Below, piece after piece: positions 29,201 to 41,148 of a stretch of DNA of 64,000 nucleotides. The stretch's first letter is position 1; each line of letters begins with the position of its first letter. The stretch lies in the NCBI GenBank assembly GCA_965153355.1, contig OZ231126.1:27280001-27344000 (forward strand), given 5' to 3'. Below the pieces are notes generated by a model. The model had not been told where the DNA came from and made no database searches. It saw only the letters and a list, made by a program, of their open reading frames with translations. This stretch comes from Flaccisagitta enflata. Lineage: Eukaryota. Both the position numbers and the translations under genes were made by a program.

Positions 29201-32200
29201 GAATTCCGCGAAACTACCTTCAGCAACCTCGTCCAAGCCGGAAATGCCATGATCGAAGACGGACACTACGCCGCAACCGACATCCACGAGAGGCTGCAGG
29301 TGATAATCGCTCTGTCAGATCAGGGGGTCTTTTGGTAGGACATGTGCGTGTGCGAAATGATACGTCCGTCTGCTGTCTCTTTTAAGTAGCTAGATCTATC
29401 CGTCTGTCGAACGTTCACGTTAAAATCGACATAATGGGCGGTGGACGTCGTCAATCCGTACCTTTGCCACAGCAGGTAGTCATAAGATTTACTAGTATTT
29501 CCTTCTGTAAGACTGTTCATGCAAATATAAAATAACAATCATGATATTCCAGGCTTTATTGGAGATGCGTGAAAAGCTTCACAGTTCGTGGCAATCGCGC
29601 AACGAATATCTTCTGCAACTCGTCAAGCAGCAGATTTTCTACCGCGATCTCAGCCATTTGGAATCCGCCTCCACAGCGCAAGAAAATTACCTGCAAAACC
29701 AGGATTTGGGCAACTCTGTGCAGGTAATGAGACTGAATGATGGTCGAGAGTTGATGTGGTTGTGCTGGAAAGGCAAATAGTAGCCTCAGAGGTACCATTT
29801 TTAAAGTACCAATGTAAGTACCATTTTAAGTACCTAGGAAGTAACGAACGGGTATGATATAAGAATAATAAAATGTTGTTTTAAAAACAATTTTACATAA
29901 TGATACTACTTTTCCTCTTCCTTCACCTCCTCCCGATTCTTCCTCTTCTCCTTCCCCCCCCCCTCCCCTCAGGCCGTCCAAAACTTGCTGAAAAATCACG
30001 CCTCTTTTGAGAAACTTTTGAGTGTCCAAAACGAGAAATTAAAATCCATCACGATTTTTGGCAACAAATTAATCGAAGAAAAGAATTTCGACTCGGAAAA
30101 TATCTCGAAGAGAATCGACGAAATCACAGGTTAGTCCTGTAGTCTATTGTTCACTCATTCATTCACACATTGATTCATATTGGTAAATGGTGAAAATTCA
30201 TTCCACTCATTCATTCATATAATGTTCATTCATCCATTCTTTCATTCATGCATTCATTCATCCATCCATCCATTCATTCATTCATTTATTCATTCATTCA
30301 TTCATCCACCCATTCATTCATTCATTCATCCACCCATTCATTCATTCATTCATTTATTTACTCATTCATTCGTTCTCATTTGAATCCCCCATTTCAGCTC
30401 GTCGTGAGAATATCCAATCTTTGTCGAATCGTCGTCACGATCTTTTGGAAGCGTCTTTACAATACAACACTTTCATTCGCGACCACGAAGAGGCGGAAGC
30501 TTGGATCGAACAAAAACAAAAGACGCTCGACGACAATGTCTTGAATATCAAAGATTTTAAAGACAAAGTCAAGAAGTTGCAGGCGCATCAAGCATTCGAG
30601 TCGGAGGTAGGTCAACCCATTACAAGGACATATCTGGACGAGCAGGGGCGCTTTAAAACTGGGGATTTAGGATCCGAAGCATGGAAGGACCGACGGACCG
30701 ACCAGCCGATAGACGGAATGACCGACCGTCAGAGGTGCCGATTATGTGTAGCATGGTAGCAATGTTACGCGGCAGGTAAGCGCCAAAAAGCGAAAGATAG
30801 GGGTGGCCAAAGGGGTAACGGCGGAAGAAAGGGGGAATGGAGGAAGAGATGAAACAAGTCATCCAAGGATCGCATATGGTCACTCATTATGGTCAGCGGT
30901 ACCCGATGCCCTGCTTGGAGTGATTAACTGAAAAATTGGAGTGAGAGCAGGGCAGCGGCCCCAAAGGGCTGATGTCCTGTAGGACCCAGGGGTGAATTTC
31001 CAGATGTCCAAAGAGGGCATATTTGTGGCCTTGGGAGCAACTTTCCATATTATTCAATCAATCAATAGGCAACTTTCCATATTATTCAATCAATCAATAG
31101 GAACTTTGCATTTTTTCGATTTCTCGTCAATTTACCATGTTATTCAATGGGAATTTTACATTTTTTTTAATGTTCATTAATTTTCCATGTTAATTGTTAT
31201 TCAATGGGAATCATGCAATTTTTCACTTTTTTGTAAATTTTCTATGTTATTCCATGGGAAGTTTGTACTCTGTCAATTTCCCATATTATTCAATGGGAAT
31301 TTGAGAATTGAGAAGCTTCAGGGGGGGACGTACGATGTCTGGAAATTCGCCCCTGTGTCCTACAGAACATCGGCCTTTTGCTGCCAAAAAGGGAGGAAGC
31401 GAGGAAGAATGCAAGGCCTCGCGCAAGAAAGGAAGGACGGAAGTAGGAAAGAAAAGATAAAGAAGAGGGAAGAACGAAAAAAGTCCATGTAATGTGGCTT
31501 CTTATTTGAACACTGGATTTTCGATTTTGCTCTGTGTCGCTGTGTTATTTTAGCAAATTATGCGGTTGCGTTTGCCGGTTATTTCCTCTTCCTGTATTCA
31601 GATTTCGTCTCCGAAGCTCGGTTGATGAAATTCTTATTTGCATAATGCAGTTGAATGTTTCATATGCGTCAAACTATGTTCCTTAAACAAGAAAATCATT
31701 ATCATCCATTATTTTATTCTGCTTCTGACTAAAGATAGGCCAGACGAAAATGCAAACAGGCAAGTGTGGGTGATTACGTATATTATAGTCAGAATCCTTT
31801 TATTCTCGATACCGATTGTTTTGTTCCAAGGGGTTAAAATACAGAAAAAACTGCCCTGTTTAGCGGAATTAAAACATCTCTTCGCTTTCGAGAGGGCATG
31901 TTGAGAGCGGCAGCTACTGCAGTATCTTTGCTACGCGGTAATCAAATGAAATCGGCTCCTCTGCCGACCTTAAAGTCGCATATCATACACCCCCCCCCAA
32001 AAAAAGAAAGAAATCCGGAGTATATATTGCAATTTTTTCAGGACGTTCTTAACCCGTTCTATCTATTGTCTGTTGAGTTTTCAAATTCTCCTATATGTTC
32101 CTTTCCTCTCTCCCACCCCCCTCCCACATATCTTTACAGGTGAACAAGAACGCGTCTTCGATCGAGGAATGTCTGACTTTGGGTTCGTCGATCATCGTCA

Positions 32201-33259
32201 AAAAAGGCGCTCACGCCGCGGAAGTGACGCAAAAATGCGACAAACTCAAGGCCCAATGGGAGAAGCTGTTGAAGAACATCGCGGACCGAGGCAAAGAATT
32301 GGCGGAGGCCAAAGATATCGTCAAGTATTTCGACCTCGTGCAACAAGCCATGGCTTGGATCAAGGAAAAGGAGATACTCATTTCCAGTCAGGTGTGTGAG
32401 GTCCTTTGCCACGCCTAAGGAAAATGGAATGTGAGGCGTGAGGAAGTGTGCTGTGTGCAGAAATGTCAATGAAAAACCTCGTCTGCAATGAACTAGCCTA
32501 TCGATAATTTAGAAATGAAAAAAAGAGGTGAGGACAAGAGGTTAGGACAGAGGACTGAGAACTATGTACAAGATTCCGATTGCTTCATTGATTTTTCCGT
32601 TGTATCAGGAATTGGGTAACGATTACGAGCATTGTTTGGAGATTATCAAGAAGTTGGACGGATCCGCGGGCAAGAACCTGAAATTGGACGACTCCTCCAT
32701 CAAAGAAATCGACGAGCTGGCAGACAAGTTGTCAACTCTTGCCAGCGCGGGACCCGAAACGCAGCAAGAGATCAAAGACAAGAGACTCCTGCTTGACGCC
32801 AAATGGGCCGACTTGCAGGAGGGGCTTGTCAAGTACAGGTGAGGAAACGATGAGATCAGGACAAAAGACTGATTGCAAACACAAATGGACCTATCTCTAG
32901 GAAGGGTTTTTCAAAGAAAAGTATGAGCAATGAGCACGTTTTGTGGATAGTAGAAAAGTACATGAAAATGAAAATGAAAATATCATGAAAACGAAAGAGT
33001 TAAAAGATCTTCCTTCTTCCCCGTATCAACACGCTGGTGCATGGTGTCGTCTCCAGGAAAGCGTTGGACGCCGCTTTGGAGTGTCACGCATTCAATCGGG
33101 ATTTAGACGATTTGAACGAGCGCATCAACGAGAAGGCCAAGTTGATGGGAAGCGAAGACGTCGGCAAGAACCTCACCGGAGTCCAAACGCTCATCAGGAA
33201 ACACGATATCCTAGTCAAGGACATGTCGGCCATCGCGGACAGGAAGCAAGAGCTGGAAG
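26282..33259 (+). CDS. Internal fragment of beta-heavy spectrin (karst/SPTBN5-like); 12 exons 26282-26555, 26904-27109, 27422-27586, 27911-28384, 28540-28644, 29084-29299, 29553-29723, 29973-30129, 30398-30606, 32140-32391, 32609-32838, 33057-33259
   Basis: Consecutive spectrin repeats (QFFHDAAEVEGWMLEK, IGQDYEHC, EIHAFNRDVDDAVTRIQEK..DLGKD..VQMLQRKHEGYENEL, LGNDYEHC) with phase-consistent GT-AG introns and no stops. No start, CH, SH3 or PH exons were seen. Confidence 0.88.
30860..31390. mobile_element. Copy of a family with subterminal inverted repeats and internal short tandem repeats (DINE/pearl-like); relatives at 34455-34890, 44237-44360, 53565-53880
   Basis: Shared catccaaggatcgca.atggtca..gcggtaccc..tgccc and gggcagcggccccaaagggc.gatgtcc.gtag..c..ggggg.gaatttc with its inverted partner. 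Confidence 0.65.
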
Positions 33260-34291
33260 GTAAGATGAATTGATTGATAGATTCAAGTACATCTTCGTCG
33301 ATCGTCAAAGCGAAGACATGTTGGCGAGCGTAGATCGAAAACATGAGCTAGAGGATGGGGAGAATCATAGAGATGATACAGTACGATGGCAGCAATGAGG
33401 ACCTCAGATGGAGGGTCATTTCCTGCTGCACTATCTTAATGAAGTAGCTTGAACTATGTTTTTTTTCTTAAAGCTGATGGGCAAGAGCTTTGAGTGAATA
33501 TAGTTTCATACCTCTAGCTGTAACTCTTGACCAAAAAGAAAAATAGTGCAACACCTCTCTGGAATCGAACCTGTGACTCTTGAGGAAAAGAATTTGCTTC
33601 CTTTAAGTTCAGCACTCTACCAACAAAGCTGTTGCGTCGCATGTAATGAATAGCTATTAGTTCTCAGTTCTGTTTTGAAACACTTGATGTGGAATTTTAT
33701 GTTCAATCAATACCTTGGACCATCAGCTTTCAGAAAAACTAAAGCTTTAGATTCTTCCTTCAAACAATAAAAATATAGATGTCGTAAGTTGGCGCATGAC
33801 AGTGACGGTGACGGCTACGTGTTAATGTGGATCAGTAAATTTAAGACGGAGGCGCTACGCGGCGGTGGGGACATCCAAGGAGCTTCGGTATCCTCGCAGA
33901 AATTCGATTTCCGATCAAGGTAGGTCTCAGGTTTGATCATAGAAATCACGTTAATGAAAGATCAGTCTCCCGTTATTGTTAAAATGCTTGTTTTCTTCTT
34001 TTTTTTGCAGAACAAGACGTAAACGAAAGATCGACTGTCTAAAGGCCCATTTTCCCTCGGCAGGAACAGAGATTTGTGCCGAACCCTGCTTTGCGCGACA
34101 TGACGGTGTTGTTTAAAGACGAGTTAAGGCCCGACAAAAGATGCACCATGGTAAGAAGTGAGAACCCTTGACCTAGTCTTGCGATGGTGGAGCTTTTTAA
34201 AATGGCAGGGCCTGTCTAAGCCTTTCCGGTTTTCGTGTTTCCTGTTTGTGTCTTTTTCCCTCTTTTTCGCTCTGTGTCAAGTTGTCTTTCT

Positions 34292-34445
<154 letters not shown>

Positions 34446-34461
34446 GTGCGTGTCTTTTTTT

Positions 34462-34880
34462 GGGCAGCAGCCCCAAAGGGCCGATGTCTGTAGAACACAG
34501 GGGGAATTTCGAGACGTCCATCCGTCTGTACCCCCGTAGACCATCAACGCCTCCAAATTAATCTCCCAGGCCTCAATCTGTAGCCCTCTAGACCTCAAAT
34601 CAGCCCTCTTTTCTTGAAATTAGCCACCCCCATGCCTCAAATCTGCCTTTTCGTCCTCAAATCTGCCCTCCAGATCTTCAATCAGCCTCCCAAGCATCAA
34701 ATCAGCCCTAAAAACCTCAAATCTGCTCTCCAAGCCTTAATTCTGCCCTCTAGCCCCCATATATACCTTCAGTGGCCAACTAAAGCCTGAATTATGCCTT
34801 GTCAGTACGGACAGAAAGATGGACGTCTCGAAATTCCCCCTTGTGTTCTACAGGACATCGGCTCTTTGGGGCCGCTGCCC
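34462..34880. mobile_element. Element with ~70-bp inverted repeats enclosing ~21-bp cctcaaatc(t/a)gccct tandem units
   Basis: gggcagcagccccaaagggccgatgtc.tgtagaacacagggggaatttcgagacgtccatc ... gatggacgtctcgaaattcccccttgtgttctacaggacatcggctctttggggccgctgccc. Confidence 0.8.
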
Positions 34881-35125
34881 TGCTCTCACTGGATCACTCT
34901 ATTTTTTATGTATATACCAGAAATATCTCTAGATTTTATGATTTAACATTTGTTTTAGTAGTTTTCTATAAGAATGTATCAAGTATAATCAAGTCATAAA
35001 AAAATTAAATGTTTTTTTGTAGTTTTTATATTGTTAAATGGTGTTAGAAAATTAAGAACGCTCTAAAAACATTGAAGGCTTTATTTGGCTCTCAAAATAA
35101 GAACATGGAGCCTTCAAAAATAATT

Positions 35126-35443
35126 CAGGGGTGTATAAAGTTGAGTATTCCCCCCACCCCCCCGGTGGGGGGGGAATAAAATCAAAAGGTTTGGAGATGG
35201 GGAAGAAAATCAAAAGTTTGAAAAAAAGAAAAAAGAAAATTTTTGAAGATCTAACACTTTTGGTAGTACCAAAAGGTAAAATACAATTACTACAACTTAA
35301 TTCAACACTATTTAAACCTAAAATATACTGTTTTATAGCTTTTAGGAGAAGAAAAACAAAGATTTTGTAATGCGTCGCGGGGAAGAAAATCAAAGGCAGG
35401 GAGGGGAATAAAATCAAAAGCCGCTCAACTATATACACCCCTG
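35126..35443. mobile_element. hAT-type MITE (same family as 59513-59838)
   Basis: TIR caggggtgtata / tatacacccctg; interior matches 59513-59838 in reverse orientation; TSD imperfect here. Confidence 0.75.
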
Positions 35444-36861
35444 AAAATAAAGTGACCTTATCATAAGGCTTATGAAATCACTCACTAGTAAAAAAAAACA
35501 TTTTTTGATGGCCAGTTCTACACTAAATTAAATTGACTTAAACTGTTCAAGAAAATGATCGTATTTGACTCAAATGACTTGACTTTAGAAAACTTAATAA
35601 GAACATTACGAATATGAAAATAAAAATTGATCGACCGACTGACCAACCAACGGATTGACGGACAAAGCGGGATATAGAATCGCGTAGCACGCGACTAAAA
35701 AGATAGGTAGTCAGGAGCAAATATATATGGTATCAGTAAAGCCGTGGGAAAATAAGGTCGTAAATGCGCAGAGAAATGTGTCCCAACAATTTCATGTTAT
35801 CAGGTATAATAAAAAAGACCCAAAATCATCTGTTTTTTACCAAATACTCTAGTAGAGTGACATGAAAAATGAATAGATTGCGTTTGCATCAGTCGGGAAG
35901 CTTTCTAACAAAGCGCGATTTGTAAGTACAGTAGAACCCCGCCTCATCGGTCCCATTGGGACTGAAGATTTTTCACCTTTATCTCAGGTTTATCTTTAAA
36001 GAGAGGTGAAATCACATTAAAAACTATCATTTGGAATCTTACAATATTGACCTTTATTGATTTGGAGTATGTTAACATAAGTCATTCTAATTCTTCAAGA
36101 ATACAAATAAATGCCAAAAATCATTAACTAAATGTATATTTTACTAAAATTTTTGATAAAATGACAAAAGTTGATTGGGGTTGGGAAATATCTCCAATAT
36201 AATAAAATTGTTCCCACATCAAAATCAACAAAAAGCGGAGTATTGTCGGTCATTGAGGGTGAAGAGAATTCCTTTTTTTGCGCCTTTTATCCCGTCTATT
36301 CTTCCTCTAAATGTGTTGGAAGATGTTTGCCTACGATACATAATCTTCCCCAACCTGCGTCCAGTTTAAATCAGCGCAAAAAGCACCACTGTGCAAAGTA
36401 TCCATTTTCAGTGAAATTTCAATAAAAATTGATGATTATTTGCCAACGCGTTTCATGCTTGATGCTTCTCAGGGCGGTGGTGCGCATCCTAATTGTCCGA
36501 ACGCCGATTTTACATGCAAGTGTCACTAACTAGCTAACTTGTGTTCAAATTTGATGCAGCTAAGTGCATATCTTCTATGCTTTGAGGGCCCTCAAAGGTG
36601 TGACGTTAAATATTAGCCAGATGTTATGTCGGATTCGGCTAGGTATTCATTCTCCTATCAGTTAACTAGTTGTAAACATGGGAAAGTGAACCTTTTATTT
36701 CAACGTTAACGGCTAAAAAAACGTTAGAGCTGCTGATGCGATTGAAACATAATTCATGAATGATAGTATTTTGTAAGCACTTGGATACAGTTTAATAGGA
36801 TACCGGCAAAAAGCGCGAGAAGATATGCTCGAGAGATCATAATTGCACAACTATTCTACAG

Positions 36862-39800
36862 TTATTTGAATAAATCGTGTCTCACGCATGTAAGTTTTAA
36901 CGGCGTAGATCGTTTAAGGCACAAACGGCGGAATGCTGAATATATTCGCGGAGCCCCTGTTTCCACCCTCATTTTATTCTTTTTTTTTTTTCGTTTTGTC
37001 TCTTCCTCAGTCGATTGCGCAGTCGCAGGCGACGGACTTGAGACGACGCCATTTTGCCGCCACGTGGTAATTTTCCGCCTCGCAAACGCCACGACTTGGA
37101 ATCCGAAGACGCAGCTGATGGCGTAAAAGACGACGCCGCCTAGCTTTACCGTCGTCGAGGGTCGTGGATGAGTCAACACGCAGTAGAGGAAGTATGCGCC
37201 GACTCCGCATCGTGTGCTACGAAAAGTAAGGAATGCAAAGAAAATAAAAGCCACATGTAGTCATTTCCGTCAAGCGATTGATTGCTTGGTCTATTTGCTC
37301 CATGGCACTTTCTTCAGAAAGTTTTCAAAGCAGTTCTGCTGTGTGTAGAAAAAGTCGCTCGGTCTGCAAGCTATAGGGTGGGGTGGCCCCATTTGGGACA
37401 GAGGCAATTCGGGACAAAATTAAATAAATGACTACATATGAACTTAACTTTATGGAAGTGAACAATGGTTATGGGATCGACCTATGACCCTTGGTATGGG
37501 GCAATTGCGCTGAAGAATTCAGGTTGCTGCTGCTGCCGCAGCAGCAGCAGCACCACTTTGATTCTAGGACTCTCAGGTTTGAATTTTTAATTGGTGTACC
37601 AAGCTTTGCTGTAACTACTAGAAAAAAAATTTTCCTGCTATTTTTCGACTTTCATAGTTGAAAGTACTCATTTATCTGTACTTTGAGGAAAAAAAATATT
37701 TAAATTGCGTTACAATTTTTTTGTACTAAGCTTTTTAAAAAATCGGAAATTTGGGACATAGTTCATTCTTATTGTTCACTTGGTTTGGCCCTCTGGGCCA
37801 TTTTTTTAAAAAAACCCTTTAAGTCCCGAATTTCCCGCCGTGGGGTAATTCGGGACAAGCCCTTGGTATAAAAAAAAGGGGCCCCTAAGGGGCCCCTAGG
37901 ATGATTTTTGTTACTTGGCTTTTTAGAGGGAACAATTAACTATGTTTTAGCACCAGTCCCGATTTTTCAATTTAATCCTAAAATTTTTTAAATTGAAAAA
38001 TGTTGTTTTTTTGTCCCGAATAGCCCCACCCCCCCTATCCATTCAGATCATACCCAATCTTAACTTGCCGACACGCAACTCTAAAAAGGGCTTTGTCCGT
38101 CCATTGGTTTGTCCGTCCGTCAGTCGGTCAGGGGTCATTGAGTCGAAAGGTTGAAAAACTAGCGTTTTAGATACTTTTTGTGTATGTAAGTCAAGGTGCA
38201 CACGAAGGGCCACTTTCTATGGGTCAAATCATATTCTAAAAAAAAATATTAAAGTAATAAATTTACAATTTAAAAAAAAAAACTGTATTATTACTATATA
38301 CCAATAAAGGCGGTTAATCGCTGTAGGAAAAAAGTCATAAATGCTTAGAGAAAAAACAAGAGTTGTGGACAGGCGGACAAGAGCATTTAACCCCCATCTA
38401 CACCCCAACCTCAACCCCCACACACAAGCATCTAGACCCCTTATTTTTCCACTTTTTCACTCGGACGGACAAACGGACCAACAGACCAATGGATTGACTG
38501 GCGGACAAAGCCTCTCAGAGTCTGGAGTTGAAATGAGAGATAGACTGTGCTGCCAGGATGCACAATTATCACCTGGAACATTTCAAAGTTCAATTAGACT
38601 TCAACTAACTCGATTCTTCGTTTTTGGGAAAAATGCGAAAAATGCGGAAAAATAAAAAAAGATTCAAAAAATCATAGCTCCAAAACCATCAATCACACAG
38701 AATTCTGCTAGGTGTCATCTGAAAAAGGAGAATTAGCTCTTTTTAGCTATCAATTTCATACATGCATCATTCGGGCCCAAAACTGATCAACTTTCGCAAA
38801 CCACTCATGAGAAAAGGGGAAAATCGATTTCCGCCGTAGGTCTCATAAAGCCAAAGGTATTCTTAGACTTTTTTCCAAATTCTTGATTTATTTGCAGTGA
38901 GAATCATTTATATATACAAAATCAATTTAAAAAGTTGAGAAAAATTAAAGAAAATTAACCTCATTCCTTGACTTGTTTTATTTGAAATTCTAAATCTGTT
39001 TCTGAATAAAAAAAATTGTTTTTTTTTTTAAATATGGCCCTATTCTAAAAACATATAAGCAAAAGGTTGTGTTTTTAGAAATGCAAATTTTTGCATAGAC
39101 TAAGAATTTCACGCAAAATGACTACCCAAATTTGCTGCTCATGTGCACCACGACGTAAGTGTGTGGGTTGGGCTAGGGATGGGGGTTGGTCGCCCTTGCC
39201 CATCCGTCCGCAATGATATTGTGAGTTTTTTTGTGACCCCGCGTCACTTGTTAAGTGACGTCAGCATAATGCATAATATTAGTTAGGGTTGTTAGGGTGG
39301 TCTACAGGTCAGAGCGTAATTGAACGCGAGGCCCCCTAGAAAACTGTAGCAGACCCCCTACAGCCCAGTATGTTAGAGCTAGGGGTTTGATTGAGGTATC
39401 ATTTGAAAGCTTATGAGAATACAAATGGCGCCATCAGAGCGTTTTTAGTTTTGAGCCTGACTAAAATTACAGCACTTTAAAGGTGTAAAAATTGACTTTT
39501 TGGGGGTTGTTTAAAAAAAGCTAAATTTGATACTTTGGACAGCTATATCTTGAGCTAGGGAACAAAATTTAAAAATACCTCTGATGGCGCCATTTGTTCT
39601 CATGCTTTCAAGTGATGCCTCAATCATACCGAGCCTCAACCTACTAGGCTGTAGGGGGTCTGCTACAGTTATCTTTCCTGAAAGTGGGGGCCTCTCGTTC
39701 AAATACGCTCTGATCTGTAATTGGTGGTTTAATTGGTCTTAGCATCAAATAAACCGCCCGTCTGTTCGCTTGTTAATCTTCACGGCATTTCCGACCTAAT

Positions 39801-40298
39801 GAACGTAATGGCGAAAAGAATATCGTTGATTTTTCCCACAGTCGATTCGTAATTTCCGCTCTTTCGTAACATCCAGCGAAGTTGCAGCATAGGATTCGTT
39901 ATTTCCGATCCAAAAATGACACCCACGATTTCCGCTCCGCTCACTTTCGAGTAAAGGCCCCAGGTGAGGTAGACGAGGCAGAACCAATGATGGATGTGCA
40001 TGATAACTCTCTCCGTACCGTATCTGAGACACCAAAGATAGTCCAAGATAAAATACCCTAAACAAATAGATATGATGGCGAGATTGAAAGAGTTTGAATC
40101 TAGTCCCGGTTCGTTGAAGGGCCACGGACCGAGGAGAAAACAGGAGAAATATGCGAGGGACGTGACGACGGCGGCGTGGATCATCGTTACGAGACGTATG
40201 GTCCATTCTAAGCACTTGTCCGGTTGTAGCCGACGATGAGCGACGTATATGGACGCGAACGTGACGAACGACGCGGCGATAATGTAGTCTGGTCGCAT
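36862..40298 (-). CDS. TLCD5: TLC domain-containing protein 5 / TMEM136-like membrane protein; exons 40298-39796, 37216-36862
   Basis: EWTIRLVTMIHA..GPWPFNEPG..LGYFILDYLWCL..MHIHH..SGAEIVGVIFGSEITNPMLQLRWMLR..|..RCGVGAYFL..VKLGGVVFYAIS matches TMEM136 motifs. The phase-2 intron is GT-AG. C-terminal length depends on an A-homopolymer. Confidence 0.88.
37376..38035. mobile_element. TA-flanked MITE with repeated (a)ttcgggaca subterminal motifs
   Basis: TA-gggtggggtggccccatttgggaca ... tgtcccgaatagccccaccccccc-TA. Confidence 0.75.
38190..39154. mobile_element. Non-autonomous DNA element with a 4-bp TSD (GTAA), inserted into an older interspersed repeat
   Basis: gtaa|gtcaaggtgcacacga ... tcatgtgcaccacgac|gtaa. 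The flanks rejoin into one copy of the ccgt/gccc repeat family. Confidence 0.65.
39305..39717. mobile_element. Tc1/mariner-type MITE related to the 15000/16781 family
   Basis: TA-caggtcagagcgtaattgaacgcgaggccccc ... gggggcctctcgttcaaatacgctctgatctg-TA. Confidence 0.8.
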
Positions 40299-41148
40299 CT
40301 TTGGTCTAAATTTTTGATAGTTTTTGTAGTTTCTGTAGTTCACGAAATATGAAATGCACTGCTACAAGAGCAATCTGGCCGCTGCCACGAGAAAAACGGT
40401 GATAACTATCATATCCGTGTAGACGATAAGCACGGTGAAGAAGCGGAAACTAGCCAAGTCCTCGCTATTCCACAAAATGTCTCTGTGATGTTCTTCATCG
40501 AACAAATCTCCCATCCCAATCGCCCATTCTCACTGATCTTCGAAAGTGGTTCTTAATGTGGACTCGCTTATCAGTTAAAAACGCAAGGAACGATTCATGT
40601 TTGGCATGGCTTGACAATTTTTCCAAGGCGATTGCGTACTGTTCGAATTTAAAGCTGAGCTACTTGAAAGGCTTTGTGCAAACATAGCTTTGTGTGTGCG
40701 GTTGCGTTTGGGAGTTCGGTTTTTGGTTCATTCTGAGCTCCCTGCTTTTGGGCTCGGAGCGATGAGGGTTCAGGATTTTGTTTGAGTCAACAGCTCGCAG
40801 CTCCTCTACCTACCAGCTTTGTGGGAAAGATGAGCAGTCTAGGCTTTAAAGATGTAAAGACTGAAGATGCTCAGCAACGATGAAGAAAACACAAGTAAAT
40901 CGCTGTAAGACCGGTAAGCTAACTTTTCTCAAATCTGTCTACATCAAATGAACTTAGGGAGCTTAATCAATAAGTTATTGTAAGTAGCGAACTATCACGA
41001 AAAAAAAATATTTCACTACCTAGCATGTTTCAATGCAAAGATAACAAGGAGCCTTTCATAGTGGATAGTTATGTTTCATGTTTCGTGAAAATGAGGCAAA
41101 AAAAAAAAAAAAAAAAACGAAATGACGCAACATGGATTTAAAAGGCTT

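Noticed and set aside
23214-34150. Helitron capture as the cause of the RRM-spectrin chimera
   Set aside because: No TC...CTRR termini or terminal hairpin found at the observed junctions.
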